From Ginglymostoma cirratum (taxonomy: Eukaryota), in the NCBI GenBank assembly GCA_024137785.1, contig JAHRHZ010000080.1:20765233-20829232 (forward strand): a stretch of DNA of 64,000 nt. The letters run 5' to 3'. The notes beneath the pieces were generated by a model, which was given only the letters and a program-made list of their open reading frames with translations, was not told where the DNA came from and did not search any database. This document shows positions 1-13,583 of the stretch, in pieces (the first letter of the stretch is position 1; each line of letters opens with the position of its first letter). A program made the translations under genes and the position numbers.

Positions 1-434
1 TATCACTCGTTGTTCTGATCCCAGTGGTTTTAGCTTTGGCAAGACTTTCTCTTCCTGAAGTCATGTCAGCACGTTAGCTCCTCCAATACTTTGTCCATTG
101 TGGGTACTCTTCTCAAACATCAAGACTTAAATTGTCCACAAACTAATTTATCACAGAAGCAACCACAGTCCTGTTCACATATACCTACATGTGTATATTC
201 CCAATACAGGTCAATGGACAAATGAGCAGCAAGAAACAGTCCATTTTGTCCCATTCCTAACCCACAGGAATGCCAGTTAGTGCTGCAAATAACTTAACAA
301 CAATTGACAATCAAAAAGCGAACCAACTTAATAAAGTTCAGTGCTTGGTTGCTCACTACACCACTGTGCTGATTTTTGACATGATCTTAATCATACATAT
401 TTCAGTGAGTGACAGAACACAATTCATCCAAGGC

Positions 435-583
435 TCAAAATGCTTTCTGTTGTGCAAACACAAAAGTGTTCCATGTTCCACAAACAACATCGAGAACAGA
501 AAGACGGTTTCGGACAAAGTACTCAACAAGTCTTGGAAGATCAGAACTATTAGACAGTCCGTGGCCAAGTTGCCCGTAGTTAC
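435..583 (-). CDS. RCCD1: RCCD1 coding exon 8 (last)
   Basis: tttccag acceptor; (G)[48 protein letters not shown]; TGA at 437-435. Confidence 0.93.
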
Positions 584-3500
584 CTGGAAAATATGAACAA
601 TCTGTAAGCAAACCTGTGAAAATAATACACTTGTATCCACACAAGAAAGTCACAAAGGACGTCAATCGAATTGTTTGTAAAGCACAAACTGTAAATAGGA
701 GAATGTATCTGCTGTGTTTTACAAAAGCAGCATCCAACAACTTATCACCGAGATGAATGATATAATTAGTCTGTTCGATACTGTAATGGTTGTGGTGAAA
801 GACACACCAAGAGCTTTAAGAGTGTTATGGTATCTTCAACATCTGTCAGAACAGAAATAGATTCAAAGGATCGCATCTATAACAATATTCAACACTACAT
901 GATTGGCAAGTTAAGAGCCCAAACTCTCAACTTTCTAGTGCAAAAAACAACCAGCTAAATAAAGATCAAATCACCAACAAGATTAATACTCACCCCAACC
1001 CCAAGTGAAGAGTTTACCTTCCCCTGGAAAACAGGGAAAATGACATGGTTAAAATCAATGCTGAAGTAACATCAAAAATAATTTGGAGATTTATGGATAG
1101 CAGGTTAAATTCAGATCAGTTGTTGAATTGCAGAGAGCAGGCTTAAGGAGCCAAGTGGTGCAAGGACCACTTATTTTTAAGAACCTTGAACTAAAAAATG
1201 GGAAAAGATGCTGGTTTGAACCAAGGAAATTGTAGAAGATGATGTCTGCAGTTTTAAAAATGTGTTACTGTAACACATTGTGACTTCTATCCACAATATT
1301 ACCTTATGCAAGCGGGGAAGGAGAATTCTAGACAAAGTGGCACTGTCTAGTTGTATTCAAGGCAGTTTTGCCTAGACAGCCTTTTGATGTATTTTTTCCA
1401 ATCATGATCAATTGTTCTGGGCTCAGGAAGGCTCAGCATAGTAACAACCATTTAATTGGTTCCTGGGCATATGACCATAGCCTGTGTGTGAGATTAATAC
1501 CAAAAGCTTCTAGCTTGTAAAGAGAAAGCACCTAACTCTCTTTCTCGTCCTCCTGTGTAATGAAGGGACAGGAAATCTCCTGATATCTGCTCTCACTATT
1601 TCCCTGCAGAAGCTCTCTCTGCAAATTCCTTTGTTGAGAAGAAAAAGAGGGAGAAAACACGTTGAGGCACTGATAGGGTAAATCCTCAGGTAATGACAGA
1701 CCGAGGATCAGTGTATTCACAACCCTGCATCATTAGCAAAGAATCAAACGGAATCAAAAGAAAACAAGTCATTGACGTCTACAATTTGGACTGGTGCCAG
1801 AACTGCGTTTCAGACCTTTTACTCCCTCTCAGCCCTTAATACTGGTGTTTTGTCTTGGCTCATTGTGTGTCTATTTGTGTGTACGTGGGAACTTTAAAAA
1901 AAGGCTGAGTTTAAGTTAGAGTTATAAGTTAGCAATTCATGTTTCTTTCTGGCCATTAGTTCAAAATGGTTCAATTACAGAAAATGGTTATTTACTCGTT
2001 AATAATTAAAACCCGGTGTGAATATTTTTAAAACTTGAATCAGTGAGGTAGATGCAGTTGGACAATTCCATGGTTTAATCAAATTTTCATTACCGTATGA
2101 CTCCAGGAATAGAATCATAGAATCCCTACAGTGTGGAAACAAGCCATTTGGCCCAACAAGTCGACACCAACTCTCTGAAGGGCATCCCACCCAGACTCAC
2201 CCCCCTACCCTATCCCCTGGCTAATCCACCTAACCTAAACACCTTTGGACTGTAGGAGAAAACCAAAGCACCCAGAGGAAACCCACGCAGACATGGGCAG
2301 AATATGCAAACTCCACACAGACAGTTGCCCAAGGATGGAATCGAACCCAGGTCCCTGGCACTGTGAGGCAGCAGTGCTAACCACTGAGCCACCGTGCCTT
2401 GATTTCCAGGATATTACCCCAATAAACTATGAATAAGGCCTACTCCTGCTCCTAATTCATATGAAACTTTGAGGGTCTTTGAGACACTTCAATGTTAAAA
2501 TCAATATTATTGACACATACGAAGTTTGAAAGTTAGGTCAATTATACCAAGTCCATAATTAAAATTTGAATTGTAAGTTCAAGTTCTAAGGCTCATTAGT
2601 GATAGCATTAAAGTTCTCAGTAAATACTGCCTCCACATCATGAAAGAAATGAAATAAATCATTTATAATTTTAAGAACAGGCTAATCTTCACTGATTTAT
2701 CCCATAGTGTAGTGTATTCAAACAATAAGACCCAAGAGCTTTATTGAAATTGCTATGACAGTTTACCACAGATTCAAAGAGCTAGAAAGACATGGTAATG
2801 TCTCAAATATTAATCCAGCTTTATTGAATTAGTCCTGTTTTGTAGTTCTAGGTCATTTTTCTCATTTTTAGTTTTCTGCTCACTACCAATGGTGTGTGAA
2901 ACTGAAATCAGCTTGTTATCTTCAAATCAATAATGTGGTAAATAGACTATTATTACTTCATGCTTACAGTCATGAGTGATATCAAGTAACCTTCAGAGTT
3001 AACCACCTCATTTAGACAGCATGGAAAGAGACAGACTCTCCTACCGTTAAAATTCCACATTACCACAACATTAAAGTGACTTGTTTTATAATGGAGTTTA
3101 GTGGTTATATCCTGAGAAACTCTCTAAACAAAATCCATTTTCTTTAAGCCAATTTATCGAGCCAAAAATACTACTGGCACTCCAGCGCCAACTGTTACTT
3201 ACTGGTGATGACCGCACTATGTCGTGACCCACAGCTGACCTTGCTGACCTCTAACTCCTCTGGTAAATCCAGCAATGCAGGAAAGGCTTGAATTGAGATG
3301 AAGACATTAGAATCACCCAGAGCTGTTATCTTATTTGCTGATTTTATAACCGTGTTGTTTGCCTCACTCAAGGATGGTGTGACTGTGTGTAAGATTAAAA
3401 ATCAAAGATTAAGTTTAACATTAATATGTAAACGTCAGCTAACCCTGAGAAACAAAGTGGCTGTTTTATAAAAAACTAACATGAAAAATGATGGCCATAA

Positions 3501-6500
3501 AATGAATCATATCGAAAGTAAAGAAGTCATAGTGTAATTTGTCAGTTCCCATTGGTGCTCAACCTGTCCCATTTCTATGTTGGGGCAAATGCTGCAACTA
3601 CACAAGGATCACTAGTACGTACTTGCTCTGAATAACTTCAACACTATTCTACACATGCTAATTTCTTACATTTGTTAATATTGTAACTTTGTAGGGTGGT
3701 TTTTCCAAGGACAACGTTCTGTAGAAACAAGCTGAGAACTCAGTGACAGTCAAAAAGACTGGCACGATAACAAATGTAATGGGAGCTTTTGGCTCAAGGC
3801 AGTGAAATCACCGTTCTTGAACAGTTTCGTGACTTTCAATGGCTTCAGTGCTTGATTGCCTCTAATGTTTGACTTACTTTTAGAGGCAATACTGTAATAC
3901 CAAGGGGCATGGCGGAATCTGAGATAGTAGCACATTGTTAAAGCATTCAGACATTTGGACATGGATGAACTGGCTAATTAACAGAGCAACCAGTTGAGCC
4001 ACACCATCGAGAAAAACATCTGTACGGGGGAGGTGATGGCCTAGTGGCATTATCGCTGGACTGATTAATTCAAAGACCCACATAACATTTTGGGGACCCA
4101 GGTTCAAATCCCGCCACAACAGATGTTGGAATTTGAATTCAATAAATATCTGGAATTAAGAATTTAATGATGACTGTGAAGCCATAGCTGATTGTTGGGA
4201 AAAACCCATCTGGTTCACTAATGCCCTTTAGGGAAGGAAACTGCCATCCTTACCTGGTCTGGCCTACATGTGACTTCAGACCCACAGCAATGTGGTTGAC
4301 TCTTACCTGCCTGTGGGCAATTAGGGATGGGCAATAAATGCTGCCGAGCCAGTGACACCCTCATCCCGTGAATGAATAAAGAAAACAAAAATTCAAGGCC
4401 GAGATAGATTTTTAATTAGTAAAGGAATGGAGGATTTTGGGGATAAGACTGGAAAGTGGAGTTGAGGATTTTCAGATCAGCCATAAGGGAATGGTGAAAC
4501 AGGCTTGATGGGCCGAATGGCTTACTGTTGCTCCTATGTCTTAATGGTCATACTGACCAGAGAGGTTTCAGAATTGACAGTCACTCATCAGAGTTAGCTA
4601 CGTTTGAATTCAAGCATTTTTCTCTCCTAATCAAGGAATTCTGCTTGAAAATGTACATGTCTACCAGATCAGAGCACAGGAACAGGAGATGGCCATTCAG
4701 CCCATCAAGCCTGCTCCACCATTCAAATACACTATGGCGGATCATCTGTCTCAATGCCACTTTCCCATACTCTGTCTGTATTCCTTGATCTAATTAATTG
4801 TCCAAAATCCAGCAATTTCTGTTTTGAAAATGCTCAATTATTGAGCTTCCACAGTGCTCTGGGGTACAGAATGCCAAAGATTCACCACCCTTGGAGTAAG
4901 GAACTTCCTCATTTCAGTCTTAAATAGTCTACCCGTATTCTGAGATTATGCCTCCTGGTTTTACACTCCCCATAAGGAGAAACATTTTATCAACATCCCT
5001 GCGACACCCTGTAAGCATTTTCAAAGTGTCAATGTGATCACCTCTCATTCTTCAAAACTCTAGAGAATACAGACTCGGGTTCCTCTATCTTTCCCCACAG
5101 GACAATCCTACAATCCCAGGGATTAGTTTGTTTATTCTTTGTTGCACTCTACCTATGGCAAGTATATACTTCCTTACGTAAGGAGTTACTGCTGACCTCT
5201 TCTGTGTAAATTCAAAGCCTTGACCAATCAGAATCAACCTGTCTGGGTTAAATGTTAAAACGAGGCTGAGTGTCATTGTTAACTGGTGCATTTGCCATAG
5301 CAACAGGTCTACCAGAGTTGACTTGCCAACCAATCATTAAAGTGACCCAGCCAGTCTTTGGACTAAACATAAAACAAACAGTCATCCTTACGTTGCACTA
5401 CACAACAGTATTTATCAAGAGTGTAAAACATCAATGTAGAGAGGGAATATGTAGCATAGCAAGAGCAAATCTTGCAACTCAATTTTTGTCGAAAATATTC
5501 TTACTTTTCGGAGGTACACAATAATTCTCATCTTACCCTCTCCCAAGAATCTCTTTTGCTGAGGGGTCTTCCAATGCTTCTCCTCTGAGCATGACTTCGC
5601 AGGTAGTCCCAACTGTCCAGACTCATTCCATCCCCAAACATAAAGATCTCCTGATGCTAAAGGGATTTTAAAAAAAAATAATGACAAATAATGGGCAAGT
5701 TATAAATAAATATATTGATAAACCAGATTTACACATTTAAGTATATGCCAATGGCAGATGAGGGTAAACATCTAGACTTTTAGACCAAGCGGAGGCTCGG
5801 AATCTATTGTATCTGCTGTTCCCAATGTGGTCTCCTCTACATCGGGGAGACCAAGCGGAGGCTCGGAGGCAACTTTGTGGAGCGCCTGCGCTCGATTCGT
5901 GACAGTCAACACCTCCCAGTCGCGAACCACTTCGACACTCCATCCCACTCCCTGGACGACATGTCCATCCTGGGCCTCCTCCAGCGTCACAAAGATGCCA
6001 CCTGGAAACTGGAGGAACAGCACGTCGTATTCCACCTTGGAAACCTACAACCCAATGGTCTCAATGTGGACTTTACCAGTTCAAAATCTCCCCAGCCCTG
6101 ACCTCATCCCAAGACCAGCACCCACTTCATCCCCGCCTCCTTGGCCTGTCCGTCTTCTCTCCCAACTATCTGCCCCTTCCTCCTCACTGACCAACACCCA
6201 TCCCCACTTCCTACCTACACGTACCTTTACTAGCTTCATCCCCACCTCCTTGACCTGTCCGTCTTCTCTTCCACCTATCCGCTCCACTATCCACCTTCTA
6301 TCACTGTGCCCCCTCTCTATTTATTTCAGAGCCCCCTTCCCCTCCTCCATTTCTGAAGAAGGGTCCAGCCTGAAACGTCAGCTTTCCTGCTCCTCTGATG
6401 CTGCCTGGCCTGCTGTGTTCATCCAGCTCCACACTTTGTTATCTCAAACTCCAGCATCAGCAGTTCCTACTATCTATGAGTAGATTTTTTAACAGTTGCG

Positions 6501-9500
6501 CTTTAGATTCCTGTAGTTTCTCAGTTATTGAGAGAGCCCTAAACAACTATGGTACCCCACTGTCATTCCTAAACAATTTAGTTTATAAACTGCTATTATT
6601 GGATAAATACATAGTGTTGTACTGGAGTATATAGAGCAGAAAGTCTCCTGTTTGATTCTCGCTCTGTTCCAAATTAGCTGATCCAAATAAAGTCAGATGG
6701 ATCTGAGAGAAAAAGATCTTAAAACTACTGCTGGAAATGGCCATCCCTGGGCAATGAGATAAGGACAGGATCTGGTGCAACTGATATGGTTTCTCTAGTT
6801 GAATATTCAGCTACCACAGGCTCACATAAAGGTCGCATGAATGAGGTAGCAGGGGTATGTGATGATCCAGCATGTCTCAATATCAGCAGAGGCAAAGGAG
6901 GAGAAACCAGAGGGAAAGTTGTTTTGGCACAGTCTTGTAGATGTGACATTCAGTTTCAGACATAAAGGCAATGAAGGATAGAACAGGGGCCAAATTCAAC
7001 AACCAGTGTCTTCTATTTATAGGTGATCAAATAAGTCCCCAGTTCAAGTCCACTATCTGAACACAATTAAACACTTGGTTACTATACCATCAACAGCAGG
7101 GTCTGCCATCAGTGCATAGAGATGTACACCTTATCAGCAGGCAACTGTGAGGACATTGACATAGTACTCTTACGTATAGGAATAGAAACCGCACCACTGT
7201 TTGTCTCCAGTACTACAAACTATCAGTGTCAGAGAAGAGCGTGTGGGAGGAAGTTCAGGTGTCTATAAATATATTGTAAATTAAGACGTTACTGCAGCAA
7301 CAAACCTTACCACTTGAACTCACAGAATGCCAACCTCCTGCTGCTATTTCAGCCATTGCCAGACCATGTAATGCCTCCACAATACGTGGTTCTGCTTCAT
7401 CTTCAACACCACCATGTCCCAGCTGACCATGCCTGCAAAAATATCACTATGGTGAAAAACAAGCATTGTTTGGATATTTTCAACAACCTTCAAAGTTCTT
7501 TCCCAAAGTAAATCTCCCAAGAGATTTCACAGATAAAAAAAAACAATCAACAATAGGAGTGACACCGTAGCAGAAAAGGGTGATACTGATGACACTTTCA
7601 AAGATGCGAAATATGGAATGATGGATGTATTTAGTGAATAGGTCGAAATAGCTGTATGTTTAGAAGAGGAGATGTATTCTCAATTAAATTTACCATACAA
7701 TGCTGTCAATAGTATGGTAATAAAGATCACTGCACCTATAGAGATGTCAAATCAGTGCCACAGCAACAATCACAAGCATTTTCCAAATTGAAACCAGCTC
7801 AGTTTTCATTTCTCCCCCAGATATTCTCTTTCCCATATGCTGAAGGTTCTGCTGTATTTTTCTAGCGGTGTTCACGAGTCTGTATAATTAATGCCAGCAG
7901 GTTATTTATGCTTGAAATTTTATTATGGCCAAGTCCAATGCTGTCAAAACATGTTCAATTTCCGTAAGGTTCAGTGGATATTAAACAGCATTTGGAACAC
8001 TGGCTGGTACTTTTCACATGGCTCAAGGGCAATCATTCAGTGGTCACATCTAATTAGGCTCAATCAACTCAGCTGAAACAAGCAACCAAACTAGACCTTC
8101 TGGTTTTTGTGGCTTTCATTTTCCTGATGGACCATCAAGAATGCTCATTTTGTTGATTTCATTTAATTAGTTAAATGGTATTTTAGGTGCATAATTATTG
8201 GATGGCTAAATTTAAACTTGTACCAGTCAAAGCCACATTTCTTAATCCAAGTCCAAATTGTAACTTTCACGTTATTGCTGCTGTGGTCAGGAGTATATTT
8301 CCACACGTTAGGACAAAATGTACCAGGTCAAATATCAAACAATGTAAAAATCCTTAGTGTACAGGATAGTATGATTAAATACAATAACAAAGATGTTATC
8401 ATGTATAACAAAGAATGAAATAATGGTTTGAAAGCTGAAGCAGAACTGATTTTAAAGACAAAATCAATATTAAGTGAATGGGAGATATTATTCAATGATC
8501 TGAGCTATTTTCAGAATATCTAACCACTACCACTGAATTTAAACCAAAATTAGAGACTGTAATTTCCAACACAACAACATGTAATTATATAACCACCTTT
8601 AATTTTACAAAAGTCAGAAACTGACATGATACTATATAAGGAATCATTTTAATTTGCATCAGCTTGTTATGGTCACTAATGACAAATGGGAATTCCATCA
8701 TCACTTCAAATTTAGGCGAAAAGGTGTTTTAACCCACATGGGTAAGGCTAGGTACAAAAATACATTTTAATTACTAGATTTAAACTGACTTCTTGGTTGC
8801 TACTGAATCCTTTTAACAACTGTTTATATTGAGTCTAAAATCAAGAAAATTGGCCAATGATATACCAGTATATGGATAGCTACAGGGTAAGGCTTACCTT
8901 CCTGAGCCCCAGGAATACACTGTAAAATCACTGCTTAGGAGGACTGCATGCTCACTGCCAAGTGCCAGCTTTCTTGCACGAAGTTGTGGTGCCAATGGTT
9001 TGTAAAATGGAAGAGCTGTTGTGACATAACCATCAGGGATCAGTGGAAGTGCTTAGAGGGGGAAAACAGAGGGAGAAAATAAGTGTTTTACCTTGGCATT
9101 CCCTGGTAATTAGAAAACCTACACAAAGTGACAAAAATGTACAGAGAAGACCTCGGTCTTCACTGAGTTAATAAATTCATTTGGACGAAAAATAGATGTT
9201 ATTAATGGTCTCTGTAACCCTGGGCCAGACTGCAGTAACTCAGCCCAAGTTGCCATTCCTCATCACTAACCAGCTTCTTTGATTTGCAACACAAACTGGA
9301 AATGTATAGATCCATCAGCAACAGTAAAAGAAAGTTAATGTATTCGCAATAAATTTTCTAGGAGACATGCTGTAATTTTACAGCAGGTTTAGGTTCTCCT
9401 CTTGCTTCCTAATTTAGGAAGAGTAACGCAAGGTATAGCACCCCCACCATCTTGGCACAAAATCAGGGACTGTCAGGCCCTGTGACCCGAATTAATCTCA

Positions 9501-12500
9501 GCCATGTATTTCACAAGCAAGCCACATCAGGTTGAATTCTCTTTGAGGTGTTACTTGATGCATAAATCAATTGCACGTCTTGAATAACGAGAGGAGAGCA
9601 CAAAGTCATCTCCTACTGATTTAAACTGGAGTTAATACATCCCCAGGACCAACTCCCAATTAATTCCTTCCATTTCCTCATGGCAGAAGAGATAACACTA
9701 CAGCATGAACTGTGTTACGCACAGAGGAATCAAATTCACTGTACAGCATGTTTATACGGCTGCTTTACTGAGATAATAAGCAAGTGAATATCCTTTCATC
9801 TATTACCAATTCAGTTTAACTGTTGCTCTCAGCAATGGGATTTTGCATTGGCTGTCGTACAAAGCACTCAACTTACCTCTACAGGAATTATTATCACAAC
9901 ACATTAACTCTGAATGAAAGAACTGTTTTTCCAATTCAATCAGAAATCATTCATTTAGTTTTAGACACAAGTACTCAATAAATGAGTTAGTTAATTCAGT
10001 TGGTGCAACAATTGTTGTAGGACAGTATTATTCATTATCAAAGTCAAGAGCTACAATCTTACCAAATGCCTTATTCAAGGGCTGCACCGACCAATGTGCT
10101 ATTACAAATGACGTGTTGAATTTCGCCTGTGATTTTCTAGTCCCTTTCAGTTAATGTCACTCCGCAGGCTTCCCCACACAAAGGTACAGAAAACAAACTT
10201 AACTCAAATACACAGTGTCACTTTAATAGGGGTACTCTCATTCGTCATACAGACGCTAGGACAGGTCTAAGATGTCTTGCCGGTAATGTCTTAGATTCTA
10301 CTCTTTTAAGCTGAAAGTAAAACTCCCTCTACACAGTCCCCAAACACTCCCAGTACAGGGTCAGAGACAAAGTAAAGCTCTCTCTATTCTCTTAAACAGA
10401 AAGTACATGTCCTCAACACTGTCTACATCAAACACTCCCAGTACAAGATAGGCATTAGATTCTCAGCTTGAGCTGCACAGCAGACTTTCAATGGTCTTCA
10501 ATTGAAGCTAAAAAACAAAAAGCAGCAAATCTTCTGACTGCCACATTGTAAGCACCACAGCTATATTGACACTTACTTATTATTAATACTTCACTGAAAC
10601 AAATTTGAAATGTTATGAAATCATGAACCAGCAGCATCTAATTCCAAAAAAAAACCCAACCCACTTCAATCTCTCTATCATACGTATGTGGTGAGAAACC
10701 TACTTGAAGACCCTTTGATACTTGGGAAATTTTTGAAAAATTGGCAAGAGTCTCTGGCTACAAGATTTGATTAACTCACTTATAGTAATCAGCAGCTCAG
10801 TTCCACACACTTGAAAGTTCAATCCCATCTCTGCTGACTGTGTCGGTCTCAGTTGGTAAAGTTATTACAATTGACTTGAATTATACTACCTGAAAGAGGG
10901 GGGAAGAAATAGGCCCATGGAAAGAAAGCCAGAAGTCAAGTGCTCCAAACCCAGCATCTAGAGACTATATGCAAATAGGGGGCAATTCAGAACCCCTACT
11001 GACACTGAGGCATGTGGGTCAGTATTAGAGAACCACGTGCACCTATGTTAAAATATACAGCAAGGAAATACCCTAAGAGGGCAGAAAATACGTGGATATA
11101 AAAAGGAAAAGAATAGGAACAGGTGAAAAGCTTGCACTGCCTTTAAATTACCAACCTGTACATTGCTTTTCCCCGTCCTTCAGTTGCTTCACCCAAATCA
11201 AGTCACCCTTGACCTCTCCAGTAGAAAGGTTCTGGATATCCCTGCATTCCACTCTGTCCTGCCATAACATTAACAAGTATTTCTCAGAGGACAGGATGTC
11301 CATGCAACCCTGATGGGCTTGGTTACTAATGCACATCTGTTGCCAAGGGCGACCATCAACAAAGCCGAACACATAAACAGATCCATCATCTGAAACAAAA
11401 CTGAAACAAGTTAATGAGATGGAATTTTTTCTTTGGATTTATTCTGACCTGCAAAAAGAGCAGAATGAACCTCAAAATCGTTCAACAGTATTAACCTGTA
11501 AACATGTTCTTTTTTTCCCCTCTTCTCCTTAAAAGCACTGATCCAAGCATCATTCCAATACATTTCCAATGGGCCAAGTTTCACATTAAGAGAAGCATTG
11601 CTCACTTGCAGGTGTAATGGGCCAAGATGCAGAAAACAGTATATTGAAACAAAGCATTGGCTAGCTTTAATAAACTTGATTGATGTAGATTTTGTTAGAT
11701 ATGGGAATCAAGGGATATGGGGTAACATTCCTAAGGAAGCACACAACACTGTGGTACATTTGGGAAGATGTAGCCCTGAGAATCCTCAACAGTGACTCCA
11801 GTCCCTATGAAATCTCATGGCACGACATCAAATACCAGGAAGAAAACCTCATGATTGCCACCTACCACCCTCCCTTAGCTGATCAATAACTCCTCCACTG
11901 CTTTATTTCAAAAAGAAATAGAACATAGAACAATACAGCGCAGAACAGGCCCTTCAGCCCTCGATGTTGCGCCGCCCTGTGAACTAATCTAAGCCCATCC
12001 CCATGATGTATAAAAATGGGGAATAAAAGCAAAATACTGCAGAAGGTGCAATGTTGAGACAGTAACGCGGGGGGGGGGGGGGGTGTGCAGATTAGGCATG
12101 ATCTTATGTAATGGCGAAGCAGGCAAGGGGCTGAATAGTCTAATTCTGCTCCTAATTTGTATGTTCAGAATTGGCTGTTGTGCCTGAATATAACTACTAG
12201 CCTTATCCACCCGGATGCCTAAATCACTCCAAATGCAAACATTTTCCAACCCCGAACAATTTTTTTAAAATTCTGTTCAATTGTTTTGGAAGGAAAAATT
12301 GAAAACTTCATACTCCCCAAAATCCTAATCCATTTGCCATGTTCTTGCCCATTTTGTTGAGACACCTGTAGACTCAACTGAAGGATACATGCTCACTGCG
12401 TACATTCCACTCTCACCTGGATCACTTTCATCATGAGACAGCCTCTTTACCACAGAGCCCCTCACCAGTGATTCCTTCCTCAGCATCAGCCTATATTCAA

Positions 12501-13024
12501 GGCTGAGACAGACAGATGGTTAATCACTTAATACTACCGAGGCTTATGTGGAAAAGGCAGGAAAGTAGAGTTGAGGTTGATTAGATCAGCCATGATCTCA
12601 TTGAGTGATGGAGCAGACTTGATGGGTTGAATGGCCTCCTTGTTGCTCCCACGTCTTGAAGTCCCTCATCTGAGACACCCTCCCCACCTGAGAATTGCCA
12701 CCAGTCATTCCCTACCTGAGACTCTGTTTCCTCTCACCAGAGACTCTCCCGAGACTCCACCCCCCCGCCCCCAAGCTCGGCCCTCTCCCTCCTCCTTGAA
12801 GCCTCCACGTCCTAACCTCCCAGGCAGGCAGTGTGACTCCAAGCGGGGCTCAGCTTCCTCAAGCAGGATCCGCCCGCCGGCCATTGTCCGGCTTTCCCCA
12901 GGCTATGGACGGTCACCGTGACGGGCTCCAGTACCTTCCCGTCCTCCTCGCACTCCTTCCGGTTGATGACCTGCCCGAACTGATTAAACCCGAAGCCAAA
13001 CCAGCGGCCAGGCATCGCCGCCAT
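435..13024 (-). CDS. RCCD1: RCC1 domain-containing protein 1, whole spliced CDS (8 exons, 1197 nt, 398 aa)
   Basis: complement(join(435..583,994..1023,3203..3382,5537..5656,7311..7432,8898..9051,11156..11389,12817..13024)). All introns are GT-AG with matching phases. Motifs [70 protein letters not shown] and VVCGTWNT match recalled human RCCD1. Lies just downstream of UNC45A, as in human. Confidence 0.95.
994..1023 (-). CDS. RCCD1: RCCD1 coding exon 7 (30-nt micro-exon)
   Basis: ttttccag|GGGAAGGTAAACTCTTCACTTGGGGTTGGG|gtgagt; encodes (R)EGKLFTWGW(G), matching human RTGELYTWGWG; absent from the ORF track. Confidence 0.9.
2109..2398 (-). mobile_element. tRNA-derived V-SINE (shark HE1-like)
   Basis: Reverse complement of GGCACGGTGGCTCAGTGGTTAGCACTGCTGCCTCACAG...GGTTCGATTCC (A/B boxes), V-domain, (ATTCTATG)n tail. 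Confidence 0.85.
3203..3382 (-). CDS. RCCD1: RCCD1 coding exon 6
   Basis: cacacag acceptor, gtaagt donor; ...[34 protein letters not shown]. Confidence 0.9.
4026..4381 (+). mobile_element. tRNA-headed SINE with L2-type 3' tail (family B)
   Basis: GGAGGTGATGGCCTAGTGG..GGTTCAAATCC head; tail GGGCAATTAGGGATGGGCAATAAATGCTG..TGAATGAATAAA shared with L2-like 3' ends at 21960-22650 and 44300-44630. Confidence 0.8.
5537..5656 (-). CDS. RCCD1: RCCD1 coding exon 5
   Basis: ctttag acceptor, gtaaga donor; (A)[39 protein letters not shown]. Confidence 0.92.
5782..6477 (+). mobile_element. Penelope-like element 3' fragment (GIY-YIG endonuclease C-terminus plus 3' end with hammerhead-like core)
   Basis: [16 protein letters not shown]...[21 protein letters not shown]...[23 protein letters not shown]; CTGAAGA-AGGGTCCAGCCT-GAAA-CGTC at 6353-6379. 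Confidence 0.85.
7311..7432 (-). CDS. RCCD1: RCCD1 coding exon 4
   Basis: ttttgcag acceptor, gtaagg donor; (R)[40 protein letters not shown]. Confidence 0.93.
8898..9051 (-). CDS. RCCD1: RCCD1 coding exon 3
   Basis: ccctctaag acceptor (AAG type), gtaagc donor; (A)[50 protein letters not shown](R). Confidence 0.88.
11156..11389 (-). CDS. RCCD1: RCCD1 coding exon 2
   Basis: ttttgtttcag acceptor, gttggt donor chosen by phase; (D)[17 protein letters not shown]...[21 protein letters not shown]...KQCT; this part of the protein is divergent. Confidence 0.82.
12817..13024 (-). CDS. RCCD1: RCCD1 coding exon 1
   Basis: gcaATGG start in a CpG-rich segment; [18 protein letters not shown]...[12 protein letters not shown]; gttagg donor. 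Confidence 0.88.
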
Positions 13025-13094
13025 TGCCAGAGGGGCTGGCGCCCACCAAATTCATGAAGCCCTAAACGCGCAGACTCAGAAATCACCGCTCAAA

Positions 13095-13192
13095 GACCTC
13101 ACTCCCATCAGGCAGAGCTAAACCAACCGACCTCACTCCCAGAAGCCACTGCACGATAGTCACACAGTGGACTGCTACAATTGTAGCAGTCC
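13095..13192. promoter_or_regulatory. Probable RCCD1 promoter: duplicated ZNF143/Staf-like sites and a 24-bp perfect palindrome
   Basis: GACCTCACTCCCA at 13095 and 13129; CTCCCAGAAGCCACTGCA (13136-13153) fits 17/18 of the Staf consensus YWCCCRNMATSCMYYRCR; GGACTGCTACAATTGTAGCAGTCC at 13169-13192. Confidence 0.55.
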
Positions 13193-13464
13193 TTTGGTAC
13201 TGGAAGGAATGTACATAGAAATCGTGTATTGTGTTACCTTTGCACTTTACAGCATAATAAACAAGACCTGTAAAAAGAGCGATAAGGATATATATTCTGG
13301 TACAATACATAAAAATGTTGAATTGCATGATCATCAAATTGAACCGGGATAACATATGAATTCTTATGATTACTTTAAAATATTTTGCCTCCTAAGGAAT
13401 GTGTTAACTTGGCAATATATACAATGATAGTGATTTTTAAATTGCTGTAAAAACTAGTGAACGG

Positions 13465-13583
13465 AGGGCTCTTGTGGCACGGTTTTGTGTCCCTACCTCT
13501 GAGTCAAGAGGCCCAGGTTCAAGTTCCATCTGCTCGACGGTGTGTAATAACATATCTGAACAGTTGTGATTAGAAAATATCTA
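13465..13583 (+). mobile_element. Short (~115 bp) tRNA-derived SINE-like element
   Basis: GGGCTCTTGTGG..CCAGGTTCAAGT..TAACATATCTGAACAG..AGAAAATATC; sister copies at 27056-27178 and about 48027-48150. Confidence 0.6.

Noticed and set aside
5827-6483. 218-aa ORF, the longest in the track
   Set aside because: Alternative frame of a Penelope fragment plus its pyrimidine-rich 3' region; low complexity, not a host gene.
12068-12083. Poly-G run
   Set aside because: Simple homopolymer inside repeat debris; its length may be a sequencing artefact.
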